NCBI GenBank assembly: GCA_902500745.1
Contig: CABVRS010000001.1
Span: 1,184 to 65,183 of the forward strand
Length of the DNA: 64,000 nucleotides
From: an uncultured Nitrospira sp.
Lineage (GTDB): Bacteria; Nitrospirota; Nitrospiria; Nitrospirales; Nitrospiraceae
Direction: 5' to 3'
This document shows, piece by piece, positions 48,994 through 59,411 of this stretch (within the stretch, counting starts at the first letter, position 1; each line of letters begins with the position of its first letter). A program made the position numbers and the translations under genes. Under the pieces are notes generated by a model. The model searched no databases. It was not told where the DNA came from and saw nothing but the letters and a program-made list of their open reading frames with translations.

Positions 48994-50628
48994 ATGCCTC
49001 AACCTGTTCCGGAAGCAGATTTTCTCGTGATCGGGAGTGGAGTCGCCGGGCTCCGTGCGGCACTGGAGCTTAGCCGCGTAGGTCGAGTGATTGTCCTTAC
49101 GAAAGGACACCCCCTGCAGAGCAACTCCATTTTTGCACAAGGTGGAGTTGCCGTGGCGATGAGCGAAGAAGACGATGTCGCGATTCACCTGACGGATACG
49201 GTGAAAGCCGGACATGGGCTGTGTCGTCGTGAAGCCGTACGTGTGTTGGTCGAAGAAGGGCCGGATCGAATTCAAGAACTTATTCGGTGGGGAGCGAAGT
49301 TCGACAAGACCGGAGGGAAGTTCGCCTTTGCGCGGGAAGCCGCCCACAGCCGCAGCCGAATCCTGCGTGCGCGCGGTGATGCGACGGGAAACGAGATGGT
49401 TCGTGCCTTAATGACGCAGGTCGCCCGACAGAAACAGATTGTCCGCTTGGATTACCATTTCACCGTTGATCTTGTGGTGGCGGAAGGTCGCTGCTGCGGG
49501 GCAGTGGTCCTGGATGAACATTCAGGAGAACAGTTCATTCTCCCCGCAAAAGCCGTGCTTCTCTCGACTGGCGGCGCCGGACAGATTTTTGCTCGCACCA
49601 CGAATCCGCCGAATGCGACTGGCGATGGCATGGCCATGGCGTTTCGTGCAGGAGCAGAGCTTCAGGATATGGAATTTGTCCAGTTTCACCCGACGGCGTT
49701 GTATTTGCCGTCGAGTCCTCCGTTCTTGTTGTCCGAGGCGATGCGAGGAGAAGGAGGGCAACTGCGCAACAATAAGGGCGAAGTGTTTATGCCACGCTAC
49801 CACCCGCTCGGCGTCTTGGCCCCAAGAGATATTGTCGCGCGGGCAATTTGGACGGAGATGGCGGCGACGCGGGCGCGACATGTGTATCTCGACGTGACGC
49901 ATCTGGGATCGAACTTTGTGAAGCGACGGTTTCCGACTATCTATGCGACCTGCTTGCGTCACGATATCGATATTACTGAGGAATGGATCCCAGTGTCTCC
50001 GAGTGCGCACTACATGATGGGTGGGGTCGCGACCGACATCAACGGGGCTACGACTCTGCCTGGTCTGTTTGCCGCCGGGGAGGTTGCCTGCAGCGGTGTG
50101 CATGGCGCCAATCGCTTGGCCAGCAATTCTCTATTGGAGGGGTTGGTGTTTGGGATGCGGGCCGGTGCTGCCGCGATCACTTGGGCCACACGCTGTTCGA
50201 TGCCAGACATAACTTTTCACGGAGAGCGGTTGAAGTACGGCGGCGCTGGTCAATTAGAAGACGCTGAAAAGTTACGAAGTTCATTGCGCAGAACGATGTG
50301 GGGGCAAGTGGGGCTTGTCCGTTCTCGCGAGTCGTTGATTCGGGCGACCGCTCACCTGGCCCGATGGGAACAGATGGTCTCCCAATCCTTCACGACGCGG
50401 ACCGATCTGGAAGTCAAGAACATGGTTCAAGTGGCCCACTGTGTCGCGGAAGCTGCGCTCTGGAGGGAGAACAGTGTCGGCGCCCACTATCGCTCCGATT
50501 ACCCAACACCTCAACGTCCGGGGTGGAAACTACACAGCCGACTCCGGCTGGGCGAACGGGTTACTGACCAGGCGGGATCGAAGAAACGGAAGAGAGTTGC
50601 GGTGCAGCGCCCTCCGAAGACGAGATGA
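48994..50628 (+). CDS. nadB: L-aspartate oxidase
   Basis: GSGVAG, AQGG, EAAHSRSR, QFHPT, SEAMRGEG, HGANRLASNSLLE. Confidence 0.95.
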   Translation: MPQPVPEADFLVIGSGVAGLRAALELSRVGRVIVLTKGHPLQSNSIFAQGGVAVAMSEEDDVAIHLTDTVKAGHGLCRREAVRVLVEEGPDRIQELIRWGAKFDKTGGKFAFAREAAHSRSRILRARGDATGNEMVRALMTQVARQKQIVRLDYHFTVDLVVAEGRCCGAVVLDEHSGEQFILPAKAVLLSTGGAGQIFARTTNPPNATGDGMAMAFRAGAELQDMEFVQFHPTALYLPSSPPFLLSEAMRGEGGQLRNNKGEVFMPRYHPLGVLAPRDIVARAIWTEMAATRARHVYLDVTHLGSNFVKRRFPTIYATCLRHDIDITEEWIPVSPSAHYMMGGVATDINGATTLPGLFAAGEVACSGVHGANRLASNSLLEGLVFGMRAGAAAITWATRCSMPDITFHGERLKYGGAGQLEDAEKLRSSLRRTMWGQVGLVRSRESLIRATAHLARWEQMVSQSFTTRTDLEVKNMVQVAHCVAEAALWRENSVGAHYRSDYPTPQRPGWKLHSRLRLGERVTDQAGSKKRKRVAVQRPPKTR

Positions 50629-51259
50629 CGTGACCGGTCGAGGCGAGATCGTTCGCAAGAAACGTTCGATAGTATCGTAAGACCTTACGAACATACTGGC
50701 GAGTCTCGTTGATCGGTGGAAGGGTTCGATAGCGGTCGACCACATGCTCGCCGGCATTGTAGGCGGCGAGTGCAAGAGGTAGATTGCCTCGAAATCGATC
50801 GAGGAGTTGTCGCAGATACTTGGTTCCCCCTCCGATATTATCTTCAGGGTTGTAGAGGTCTCGTACATCCAGCCGGACTGCCGTCTGCGGCATCAATTGC
50901 ATCAATCCAATCGCCCCAGCCCGAGAGACCGCGCGCGGGTCAAAGTCCGACTCGGCCTTGATGACGGCACGGATCAAGGCGGGGTGCAGTTGATGTTCTC
51001 GGGAAAACCGCCTGATCATCGGTTCCAATTCTTTTTCTGAAATGACTGGGTGCAGACGGTTCGGGTGGAGGTCAACCCGGCGGTACCGCGCATCAGAGGG
51101 GACGTTCGTTAAGGAGATGGTCCCCTTTGCATCAATGTATTGATAGACCTCTGCTTGGAGACCTGGAACTGCGGTCGTCAGGCTACTGTTGAGCAGTATG
51201 AGGGTGACCAGGGCGGTCCACCTACGAGAGGAGGCGAATAGAGATTTGTTCTTCAGCAT
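50561..51259 (-). CDS. Lytic transglycosylase (DUF4124 + SLT)
   Basis: IKAES, AVSRAGAIGLMQLMP, AAYNAG, ETRQYV. Confidence 0.9.
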   Translation of the reverse strand: MLKNKSLFASSRRWTALVTLILLNSSLTTAVPGLQAEVYQYIDAKGTISLTNVPSDARYRRVDLHPNRLHPVISEKELEPMIRRFSREHQLHPALIRAVIKAESDFDPRAVSRAGAIGLMQLMPQTAVRLDVRDLYNPEDNIGGGTKYLRQLLDRFRGNLPLALAAYNAGEHVVDRYRTLPPINETRQYVRKVLRYYRTFLANDLASTGHVISSSEGAAPQLSSVSSIPPGQ

Positions 51260-51265
51260 GGTCAA

Positions 51266-51293
51266 ACGATAGCAGTCTGTAGCAGACTGTCAA
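51266..51293 (-). promoter_or_regulatory. sigma70-like promoter with a palindrome in its spacer
   Basis: TTGACA-16-TATCGT; CAGTCTG-TAG-CAGACTG at 51273-51289. Confidence 0.5.
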
Positions 51294-51359
51294 GGAAATG
51301 CAGATCTTATGCCGTTCGGAACAGTTAGAGGATGGTGGAAAAACAGGAAGATCGGTAGT

Positions 51360-52247
51360 TTATGATGAGCGGGTAGGCTCCAAAAAACGCTCACGGGCCT
51401 CCAGAAATCGAGATCTGAGCTTCAGCGTCACGGGGCCTGGTTTCCCTCTTGCAATCGTCTTAGTATCGACCATGGATACCGGCATGATTTCCATGCTGGT
51501 GTTGGTGAGAAAACATTCGTCTGCCTGATACAACTGGTCGACAGTAAAGCGTCCTTCTTCGATGCGAATAGGGAGCTCATCAGCCAGCCGAATCACAATC
51601 CCTCTGGTGATGCCATCAAGCAAGCCACACTCCAGGGCGGGGGTTCGTAGTCGGCCGTCAGTCACGAAGAACAGGTTGCTGATCGTGCACTCGGTCAGAT
51701 GGTGCTCCCAATTCAGCAGGACACTCTCGAATGCGTCTGCGGCAATGGCTTCGCGTTTGGCGAGGATGTTGTTCAAAAAATTCAGCGCCTTGACCTGTGG
51801 CGGCAATGCACTCGGCAGATTTCGTCTGGTGGACGCCACGATGATGGTGACGCCGCTTTCATAGAGAACCGATGCAGGAGGAGCAAGTGGTTTGGCCATG
51901 ACCACAACAGTCGGCGAGGGACAGAGCGCAGGATTTAAGCCGATGTCTCCAGCTCCTCGCGAAACCGTGATGCGCAGATAGGCATCCTGTTGGTCGGTCC
52001 CGACTGCGTTGCGTGCCATGGCTTCATGCAGGATGTCCGCCCACTCCTTCAGGGGAATCGGGATCGTCAACCCAATGGCTTCCGCGGAACGAAACAGCCG
52101 TGACAGATGCTGATCCCGCATGAAGAGGCGGGGGCCATAGGAGCGAATCGTTTCGTAGACGCCATCTCCGTATAGAAATCCATGATCGAAGACGGAGATT
52201 ACGGCATCGCGTTCTTGCACGAACTTATCATTCAGATAGATCCACAT
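51360..52247 (-). CDS. Class IV PLP enzyme (aminodeoxychorismate lyase / IlvE-like)
   Basis: DHGFLYGDGVYETIR, HLSRL, LDGITR; follows pabB. Confidence 0.88.
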   Translation of the reverse strand: MWIYLNDKFVQERDAVISVFDHGFLYGDGVYETIRSYGPRLFMRDQHLSRLFRSAEAIGLTIPIPLKEWADILHEAMARNAVGTDQQDAYLRITVSRGAGDIGLNPALCPSPTVVVMAKPLAPPASVLYESGVTIIVASTRRNLPSALPPQVKALNFLNNILAKREAIAADAFESVLLNWEHHLTECTISNLFFVTDGRLRTPALECGLLDGITRGIVIRLADELPIRIEEGRFTVDQLYQADECFLTNTSMEIMPVSMVDTKTIARGKPGPVTLKLRSRFLEARERFLEPTRSS

Positions 52248-52251
52248 GTGG

Positions 52252-53727
52252 CTAGGAAAACGCGCTGAAAAAGGCCTGGGCTTTATGGATGGTTTCTTCA
52301 TATTCACGAGCCGGATCCGAATCGGCTACGATCCCGGCTCCGACCTGAAGCGAGGCCACGTCATGGATCATCACGAGCGTGCGAATCAGAATGTTGAAAT
52401 CAAGGTCTCCGCTCCAACTGAGGTAGCCCATCGATCCGGTGTACAGCCCGCGTCGCATTGGTTCTAATTCTTCGATGATTTCCATGCAGCGAATCTTAGG
52501 GACGCCGGTAATCGTTCCTCCTGGGAACATGGCTTTCAGTAGGTCGAACCCGGTGACGTGGTTTCGTAGGGAACCTGATACCTGTGAGACTAAGTGGTTC
52601 ACGTGGGAATATTGCTCCAAGGTCATAAGCTCGTCGACATGAATGCTCCCGTATTGGCACACACGGCCAAGGTCATTGCGCTCCAAATCGACCAGCATGA
52701 TGTGTTCTGCTCGCTCTTTTTTATTCGCATGCAGTTCGGTGACCAGCTGTTGATCGACGACGACTGTTTTTCCACGTGGTCTGGTTCCGGCGATCGGTCT
52801 GGTGTCGGCTCGAAGACCGTCAAGGCGCACCAGCCGTTCGGGTGACGAACTGACGAGGCGAACTGCCTCGAACCGGAGTATTCCTGCGAACGGGGACGGG
52901 TTCAACGCTCGCAGACGACGATAGGTGGATAAGTCGGCTTGAAGTTCCCCACGTGTCAGCGCCTTGCAGCTCACCCTGAAACGATGTGAAAGGTTGGCTT
53001 GGTAAATGTCGCCGCTGGCGATGTACTCCTGACAACGCTGGACATTCTGCATGTAGGACGATCGGTGTTGTTCCGGTGTGAACGTGAGGCGCTCTAGCGT
53101 ATCAATTGAAGGTTCACCCTGGACGGACTTGCTTAACCGCGCGTCAAATGCAGCAAGGCGATCCGTACCCTCGCGAAACAGTTTGTCGCGAGGCTCACCT
53201 AAAAATCGTTCAAGTGGAGGGCAAAACATCAGGATGAGAACGCCCAGCTCATGATCGACGGCTCCCACGACGTCAAAAAATCCGAACTCCAGATCCGGGC
53301 AGGCCAGGCTATTTTCGACCAGCGATGGAAGCTGTTCGAATTGTCTGGCAAGGTCATAGCTGAAATATCCGATAGCCCCGCCAAAAAATGGTGGACCTCC
53401 GGGAGGCCGCTCGATCCGCTGACTGCCCATAAGATGCATCAAACGTTGATAAGGACCTAACCCCGATTCGGTTTGTCCTAGAGTCGAGTGTTGAACAAAC
53501 TGATCGGCCGTTCCGGTCAACGTCTGATAGGGGTCGCTGCCGAAGTAGGAATATCGCCCCATGCCCCAGCCGCCGTTGCCGCCTTCAAAGAGAAAGGATG
53601 GGTGTTGAGCTGAGGCGATTCTCGAATACAGCTCGAAGGGACTCACCGAAGGACAGGGCCGCGTCACCATGAGAGGCGAAGGGGGCCCATCCAAGAATGA
53701 TAACGACGACGAAGTGGCTAGTTGCAT
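52252..53727 (-). CDS. pabB: Aminodeoxychorismate synthase component I (anthranilate synthase family)
   Basis: GDIYQANL, SSSPE, PIAGT, AEHIMLVDLERNDL, FPGGTITGVPK. Confidence 0.85.
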   Translation of the reverse strand: MQLATSSSLSFLDGPPSPLMVTRPCPSVSPFELYSRIASAQHPSFLFEGGNGGWGMGRYSYFGSDPYQTLTGTADQFVQHSTLGQTESGLGPYQRLMHLMGSQRIERPPGGPPFFGGAIGYFSYDLARQFEQLPSLVENSLACPDLEFGFFDVVGAVDHELGVLILMFCPPLERFLGEPRDKLFREGTDRLAAFDARLSKSVQGEPSIDTLERLTFTPEQHRSSYMQNVQRCQEYIASGDIYQANLSHRFRVSCKALTRGELQADLSTYRRLRALNPSPFAGILRFEAVRLVSSSPERLVRLDGLRADTRPIAGTRPRGKTVVVDQQLVTELHANKKERAEHIMLVDLERNDLGRVCQYGSIHVDELMTLEQYSHVNHLVSQVSGSLRNHVTGFDLLKAMFPGGTITGVPKIRCMEIIEELEPMRRGLYTGSMGYLSWSGDLDFNILIRTLVMIHDVASLQVGAGIVADSDPAREYEETIHKAQAFFSAFS

Positions 53728-53891
53728 GGACGGTCACGTCCTTCGTGAAAAGTGCGAGCTCACTATACCGCAGAGATTTCCTGAGAGGTAGGTCTCTAAC
53801 GGCTTGACATTGCAAGCAGAGTTTTGCTTAAATTGCGAGCCCATCAACGGCAGAGTTGTGTGCACGTGCTCTCGCCTTCCATGGGTTTCAG

Positions 53892-54113
53892 ATGGCCCCC
53901 TCACAAGATCCCTTATATGCGGGGCTCGGTCAAGCGGTTCGGATGGCAACCGATCTGCTGGCTGCGCTGATTGTCGGGGGAGGATTGGGGTGGGCCTGTG
54001 ATACATACCTGTTCGATTCGACCCCATGGGGAATGATCGGAGGCTTGGTGTTAGGCCTCGTTGCAGGGATGAGGAATGCGTATCGATCGGCCCAGCGGTG
54101 GCCGAAAACATAA
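53892..54113 (+). CDS. AtpZ/AtpI-family protein
   Basis: Two TM helices, GGGLGWACD..TPWG; precedes atpB. Confidence 0.85.
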   Translation: MAPSQDPLYAGLGQAVRMATDLLAALIVGGGLGWACDTYLFDSTPWGMIGGLVLGLVAGMRNAYRSAQRWPKT

Positions 54114-54145
54114 ACGACTGCGGATAGAGAAAACACAGGAGTATT

Positions 54146-54895
54146 GTGGAAGAGAGCCCGCTTCATCAATTTGAGCTGGAAAGTTGGATTCCGATTTCCC
54201 TTGGTGGAATTGACATTTCCATCAATAAGGCCGTCGTCTTCATGTGGATTGTCATCGCTGTGGCAGCGGTGCTTATGGTGATGGCCGGATCTGCGCGCAA
54301 ACTGGTGCCCGGAAAAATGCAGAGCCTCGCGGAAATGATGGTGGATTTCATCCGAAGCATGATCCTGGATACCATGGGGAAGGAAGGGATGCGGTTCTTC
54401 CCACTTATCGCTACGCTCTTCTTGTTTATTTTGTTCAGCAACCTCATCGGTCTGATTCCGGGAAGTTACACCGTCACGAGCCAAATCATCGTGACGGCTG
54501 TGTTTTCCTTCGTGGTCTACGGGATAAGTTTAGTCGTGGGGTTTATGCTCCACGGGGCGAAGTTCTTGGGCATTCTTGTTCCGCCAGGTACACCAGGGTG
54601 GCTTGTGCCCTTGATGATTCCGATCGAGATCATTAGCCAGGTGGCACGGCCTGTGTCGCTGGCTGTGCGGTTATTTGCCAATATGACGGCCGGTCATGTG
54701 ATGCTCGCCGTTCTGTTCAGCCTGACGATCGGCGGTGGACTATTGATCGGATGGTTGCCGTTTGCATTTACGGTGGCGATCTACGGATTGGAATTTGGCA
54801 TCGCATTCATTCAAGCGTATATTTTCAGCATTTTGACGTGCGTCTATTTGGGGGATGCATTTCATTTGCATGGTCATGAAGAGCACGCGCATTAG
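54146..54895 (+). CDS. atpB: ATP synthase Fo subunit a
   Basis: RPVSLAVRLFANMTAGH, IQAYIF. Confidence 0.96.
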   Translation: MEESPLHQFELESWIPISLGGIDISINKAVVFMWIVIAVAAVLMVMAGSARKLVPGKMQSLAEMMVDFIRSMILDTMGKEGMRFFPLIATLFLFILFSNLIGLIPGSYTVTSQIIVTAVFSFVVYGISLVVGFMLHGAKFLGILVPPGTPGWLVPLMIPIEIISQVARPVSLAVRLFANMTAGHVMLAVLFSLTIGGGLLIGWLPFAFTVAIYGLEFGIAFIQAYIFSILTCVYLGDAFHLHGHEEHAH

Positions 54896-54931
54896 CGCAT
54901 GCGAGTTTAGACAAGAGAGGAGTAAGCCATA

Positions 54932-55165
54932 ATGGATTCAGCAGCAGCAGGGTTGATCGGCATGGGATGTGCTGCGGCAGGGTTTGCCGGAGCCGGTGTC
55001 GGGATCGGGTTCATCTTCGGAAAGATGATTGAAGTGGTGGCACGTCAGCCGGAAGCTGAGGCTCGCGTCACGAAGTATATGTGGATCGGATTCGCGTTGG
55101 TGGAAGCCATCGCGCTTTATGGTCTGGTCATTGCCTTTATCATCATGGGCTTTCGGAAGGGGTAA
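54932..55165 (+). CDS. atpE: ATP synthase Fo subunit c
   Basis: GxGxG, ARQPE, ALVEA. Confidence 0.96.
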   Translation: MDSAAAGLIGMGCAAAGFAGAGVGIGFIFGKMIEVVARQPEAEARVTKYMWIGFALVEAIALYGLVIAFIIMGFRKG

Positions 55166-55228
55166 GGGGAGCAACAGGGGGAACAGGCGTCCCCTCACGT
55201 TATGACCCTTCTATCCTAGGGAGTTGAC

Positions 55229-55735
55229 ATGCCGCAGTTTGAATCGCATTTTTTTTCTTCTCTCATTTTCTGGGAGATCATATCCTTCGGGATTCTGTTG
55301 TTTATTCTTTATAAGTATGCGTTCCCCGGTATTTTGAGCGTTCTTGAAGAGCGCGAAAAGAAAATCAGGGACAGCTTAGAGCAGGCTGAGCATCATCGAT
55401 CAGAGGCTGAACGCCGATTGAAGGAATACGAAGCCAAGCTCAGTGCGGCGGGCAAAGAAGCAGAAGCTATTCTTGCGGCTGCAAAAGAACGCGCGCAGCG
55501 GCTTCTTGATGAAAATGAACAGCGGTTGACCGCAGAAGCCGAGCGAATCAAAGGCGATGCGACGCGTGAGATCGAGCAAGAACGCCGTAAGGCCGTGCAA
55601 GACATTCGAACCCAGACGACGGAGTTGGCGCTGATGGTGGCGGAGAAAGTCGTGCAGAGGAGTTTGACGGACGCTGATCAGCGAAAGTTTGCAGATGAGG
55701 CCCTGGAAGCGCTTTCCAAGTCGTACCAACGATAG
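55229..55735 (+). CDS. atpF: ATP synthase Fo subunit b
   Basis: N-terminal TM, EEREKKI, charged coiled coil. Confidence 0.93.
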   Translation: MPQFESHFFSSLIFWEIISFGILLFILYKYAFPGILSVLEEREKKIRDSLEQAEHHRSEAERRLKEYEAKLSAAGKEAEAILAAAKERAQRLLDENEQRLTAEAERIKGDATREIEQERRKAVQDIRTQTTELALMVAEKVVQRSLTDADQRKFADEALEALSKSYQR

Positions 55736-55758
55736 TGCATCGTGGTATGAGGGTGGAG

Positions 55759-56571
55759 TCAGCGTAGTGTGACTCCACCCGGTCGATACCCTTCTAAATC
55801 CACGGTCACAAATTTAAATCCTAATTCCTTCAGTTTCGTGCTGATTCTGGCACATCGATCTGATTCGATGAGCCCAGGCAGTTCTTCTTTGGCGACTTCG
55901 ATTCTCGCCACATCACCGTGGTTTCTGACTCTGAAATGACGAAATCCTTCTCGATGTAGGACCGCCTCCGCGTCTTCGACGCGATGCAACGTTTCCAACG
56001 TGATCATATTTCCACGTGGGATTCGTGAAGAAAGACAGGCCGCGGCGGGCTTGTCCCAGTTCGAAAGCCCCAACTCCTTGGCAAGGTTTCTGATGTCAGC
56101 CTTCGAGAGTTCAGCCTCGACGAGGGGACTACGAACTCCCCATTCTCGCGCAGCTTTGATCCCAGGACGGTCATCACCGAGATCGTCAAGGTTGGTGCCG
56201 TCCACGACATATGCGGCGGCGTGTGATTCTCGCAGGCCCGTGAGCAGTTGATATAAATCGGTTTTGCAGTGGAAGCAACGGTTTGCGTCGTTCTTTACAA
56301 AGTCGTCAATGGCAAGCTGATCAGTCTGTGCGATTTCATGACGGGCACCGATCTCTCTGGCCACTCGTTCAGCAGTTTCCAGCTCAATCGATGGGAATGT
56401 CGGTGAGACGGCCGTAATTCCGATCGCCTTCTCATGGAGTTGATCGTGGGCGACCTTGAGCACAAACGTACTGTCGATTCCTCCCGAATACGCCACGACC
56501 ACCGAGCCCATGTCACTCAAAATGGTCTGGAGTCGGGTGAGCTTCTGCTGAAGAACGGATACCGGCATCAT
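55759..56571 (-). CDS. larE: LarE-like ATP-dependent sulfur transferase
   Basis: SGGIDS PP-loop, RCFHCK, DDRPG, ACLSSR. Confidence 0.9.
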   Translation of the reverse strand: MMPVSVLQQKLTRLQTILSDMGSVVVAYSGGIDSTFVLKVAHDQLHEKAIGITAVSPTFPSIELETAERVAREIGARHEIAQTDQLAIDDFVKNDANRCFHCKTDLYQLLTGLRESHAAAYVVDGTNLDDLGDDRPGIKAAREWGVRSPLVEAELSKADIRNLAKELGLSNWDKPAAACLSSRIPRGNMITLETLHRVEDAEAVLHREGFRHFRVRNHGDVARIEVAKEELPGLIESDRCARISTKLKELGFKFVTVDLEGYRPGGVTLR

Positions 56572-56593
56572 GCACTGCCCCCATTGGTCCTGC

Positions 56594-57997
56594 CTAATGG
56601 CGAACTTTCGCCTTCGCGATATTGCCCACTATAACCAGCGCGTAATGTTGAGGGTCGAGATACTGTTTTGCAACACGGAGCACATCTTCTTTCGTCACCC
56701 GTTCGATCCACTTTGTGTACTGACTGAAGTAGTCGAATCCCAACCCGTAGTATTCCACTTGAGCTAAGACCTGGGCTAGTTTTGCGGTGGAATCCAATCG
56801 TAGCGGGAAGCTGCCCATCAGGAACGATTTCGCTTCGGACAATTCCTGATCGGTGACTGACGCCTCGCGAATGGCTTTCATCTCAGCCAGCACACTGCTG
56901 ATGGCCTGATTGGTCGTTTCGGTCCTAGTCTGGAGATTGATCCAAAAAGAACCGGGCATCGCCCGAGCGTCATAATGGCTTGTGATGCCGTACACGAGCC
57001 CTTGCTTATCGCGAATCGAATCCATCAGACGCGACGAAAATCCCCCGGCACCCAAGATATGATTCATGACGGTCACGGCATAAAAATCCGGATTCGTTCG
57101 AGTGATTCCAGAATGGCCGATGACAATGGTTGATTGTGTAAGGTCCTTTTCGATGAGCTGCACGACCTTTTTCTCGACGGCAGCCGGTTTCTTGGCCGGT
57201 CTGGACTGTATCGTGCCTTTCTTCCAGGATCCGAAATGCGTTTGAATCAGTGCTGCCGCCTGTTCGGTCGTCACGTTACCGACGATTGTGAGAATGACTT
57301 GATTGGGGAGATACTCCTTGGCGTAGAAGTTTTGCACATCCGACAAGGTGATCTTATTCAGCGTCTCCTCGGTCCCGTTCACCGGCCAACGATAGGGGTG
57401 GTTCTGGAAGACTAGTTGATTGAATGCTTTCATGGCGACGTTCCCGGGGTCATCGTTGTCGCTTGATAATTCTCCGAGGATCTGTGAGCGGACCCGTTCA
57501 AATTCTTGTTTGGGGAACATCGGGTGCTGAAGAATGTCGGCAAGGAGCGTAAAACCAAGGTCGATATCCTTCTCAAGAATCCGCACGGTGGCGGTACTGA
57601 AATCTTCACCTGCATGGGCGCCCAAGGAGCCACCGACAAAGTCGATTTGTTCGGCCAACTGTTTGGACGTTCTCGTCGTCGTCCCTTCGTCCAGGAGGCT
57701 GGAGACCAAGTTCGCCAGGCCGGCCTTTTCCGCAGGGTCTTGTGCCGAACCGGCTTTGATGAGCGCATGGATTTCAACAATCGGCAGGAAATGTTGTTCC
57801 AACACCAGGACAGTGATGCCATTGGGAGTTGTAAATCTTACCGGAGAAATATCTGCTGCCAGTCCCGTCGCCGTCACCACCAGCAGCAAACCGGCGCACA
57901 GAAGCCACCTACACAAGCCCATCCCAAGCCGATGTTGAACGGATGATGAATTGAAACAGCGCTGCCTCGCGCCGTGTCGCTCATGCCACATGGTCAC
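56594..57997 (-). CDS. M16 peptidase, non-catalytic subunit
   Basis: Lacks HxxEH; SSRL..IRDKQGLVY R/Y motif. Confidence 0.88.
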   Translation of the reverse strand: MTMWHERHGARQRCFNSSSVQHRLGMGLCRWLLCAGLLLVVTATGLAADISPVRFTTPNGITVLVLEQHFLPIVEIHALIKAGSAQDPAEKAGLANLVSSLLDEGTTTRTSKQLAEQIDFVGGSLGAHAGEDFSTATVRILEKDIDLGFTLLADILQHPMFPKQEFERVRSQILGELSSDNDDPGNVAMKAFNQLVFQNHPYRWPVNGTEETLNKITLSDVQNFYAKEYLPNQVILTIVGNVTTEQAAALIQTHFGSWKKGTIQSRPAKKPAAVEKKVVQLIEKDLTQSTIVIGHSGITRTNPDFYAVTVMNHILGAGGFSSRLMDSIRDKQGLVYGITSHYDARAMPGSFWINLQTRTETTNQAISSVLAEMKAIREASVTDQELSEAKSFLMGSFPLRLDSTAKLAQVLAQVEYYGLGFDYFSQYTKWIERVTKEDVLRVAKQYLDPQHYALVIVGNIAKAKVRH

Positions 57998-59380
57998 CTA
58001 CGATTTTCCTTCTCGTGTCGTCGTGGGACTTGAGCCTTCGGGAGGTTTGGGTGGTATCGGAACCAGCACGCCAAGGGTCCGATTATCATCGGTCAGATAT
58101 TGTCTGGCAACGCGCTGAATGTCCTTGGCGGTGACGCCTCGAATGCGCTCGACGAATTGATCGACCCGCTGCCATCCGGCACCCACCATTTCCGCCTGTC
58201 CCAGCAACATGGCATGGCGAAAGTTTGAATCCTGCTCAAAGGTTCGCGAGGCCTCGATCTGGTTCTTGGCCCGCTGGAGTTCCTGATCGGAGGGCGGTTC
58301 GTTTTGAAGCCGTGTGATCTCACGTTGTAAGGCCGCCTCCACAGTTTCGACCTTTGCACTGGGATTCACCAACGAGTAGAAATAGAAGAGGCCGGGATCT
58401 GTCTGGATCAAGCTGTACTCGGCTCCGACGGCCAACGAATTCTTCTGCTCATACACCAGGCTCTGGTACAGCCTGGAGCTCTTCCCGCGAGATAGGATGG
58501 ACTCGAGGACGTCGAGTGCGTACGAATCATCGCTCGAATAGTTGGGCACGCGAAACCCCATCATGACAAACGGTACCTGCGCCTCGCGTTTCAGCAGAAA
58601 TCGACGCTCGCCTCGTTGCTCCGGTTCCGCTCGCAAGGACTGCTTGGGTGATGGCCCTCTCGGTATCGGCTCAAACAGACGTTTGATCGTGGGGAGCAAC
58701 GCATCGGCTTTGATATCGCCCACGACGACCAATGTCGCATTGTTGGGAGAGTAAAACGTGTCGTAGTGTCGCTGTAAGTCCTCGAGCGTCATCGCATCGA
58801 GATCGGCGAACCACCCGATCACGGGCCAATGGTAGGGATGGCTCAGGTACGCTTGTGCAAAGAGCGCTTCAACCAACGCTCCTTGAGGATCGTCTTCGGA
58901 CCGTAGTCGGCGTTCCTCTTTCACGACTTCGCGTTCGGTCTGGAATTCAGCATTATCGAGCGTCAATCCCTGCATGCGGTCGGCTTCCAGTTCCAACGCC
59001 AGCGGGACGCGATCGGCGGCCAGATTTTCGAAATAGGCCGTGAAGTCCTGCCCGGTAAATGCGTTATCAATCCCGCCATTTTTCCGGATGATCCTGGAAA
59101 ATGAACCTTTGGGATATTTTGTCGTGCCTTTGAACATCATGTGTTCAAGCATATGGGAAAGTCCGGCCCGACCCATCACTTCGTTCCGAGATCCCACTTT
59201 GTACCAGACCTGCACTGTAGCCACCGGCGCTTTGGGGACTTCTACAAGTAAAACCTTCATGCCGTTGGTGAGGATGTATTCGCTTGGTTCCGCACCCAAG
59301 GAGGCCGTGGAGAGGCTGGAGAGGAAAAGCGCAACAGCCAAGCAGGTGTACCAAGGCACGTGAGAAGTCATGTTGATCAT
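57998..59380 (-). CDS. M16 zinc peptidase, catalytic subunit
   Basis: HMLEH, NAFT, EREVVKEE; signal peptide. Confidence 0.92.
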   Translation of the reverse strand: MINMTSHVPWYTCLAVALFLSSLSTASLGAEPSEYILTNGMKVLLVEVPKAPVATVQVWYKVGSRNEVMGRAGLSHMLEHMMFKGTTKYPKGSFSRIIRKNGGIDNAFTGQDFTAYFENLAADRVPLALELEADRMQGLTLDNAEFQTEREVVKEERRLRSEDDPQGALVEALFAQAYLSHPYHWPVIGWFADLDAMTLEDLQRHYDTFYSPNNATLVVVGDIKADALLPTIKRLFEPIPRGPSPKQSLRAEPEQRGERRFLLKREAQVPFVMMGFRVPNYSSDDSYALDVLESILSRGKSSRLYQSLVYEQKNSLAVGAEYSLIQTDPGLFYFYSLVNPSAKVETVEAALQREITRLQNEPPSDQELQRAKNQIEASRTFEQDSNFRHAMLLGQAEMVGAGWQRVDQFVERIRGVTAKDIQRVARQYLTDDNRTLGVLVPIPPKPPEGSSPTTTREGKS

Positions 59381-59411
59381 GATGGGAGAATTGTCATGCT
59401 AGCAACGAGTT

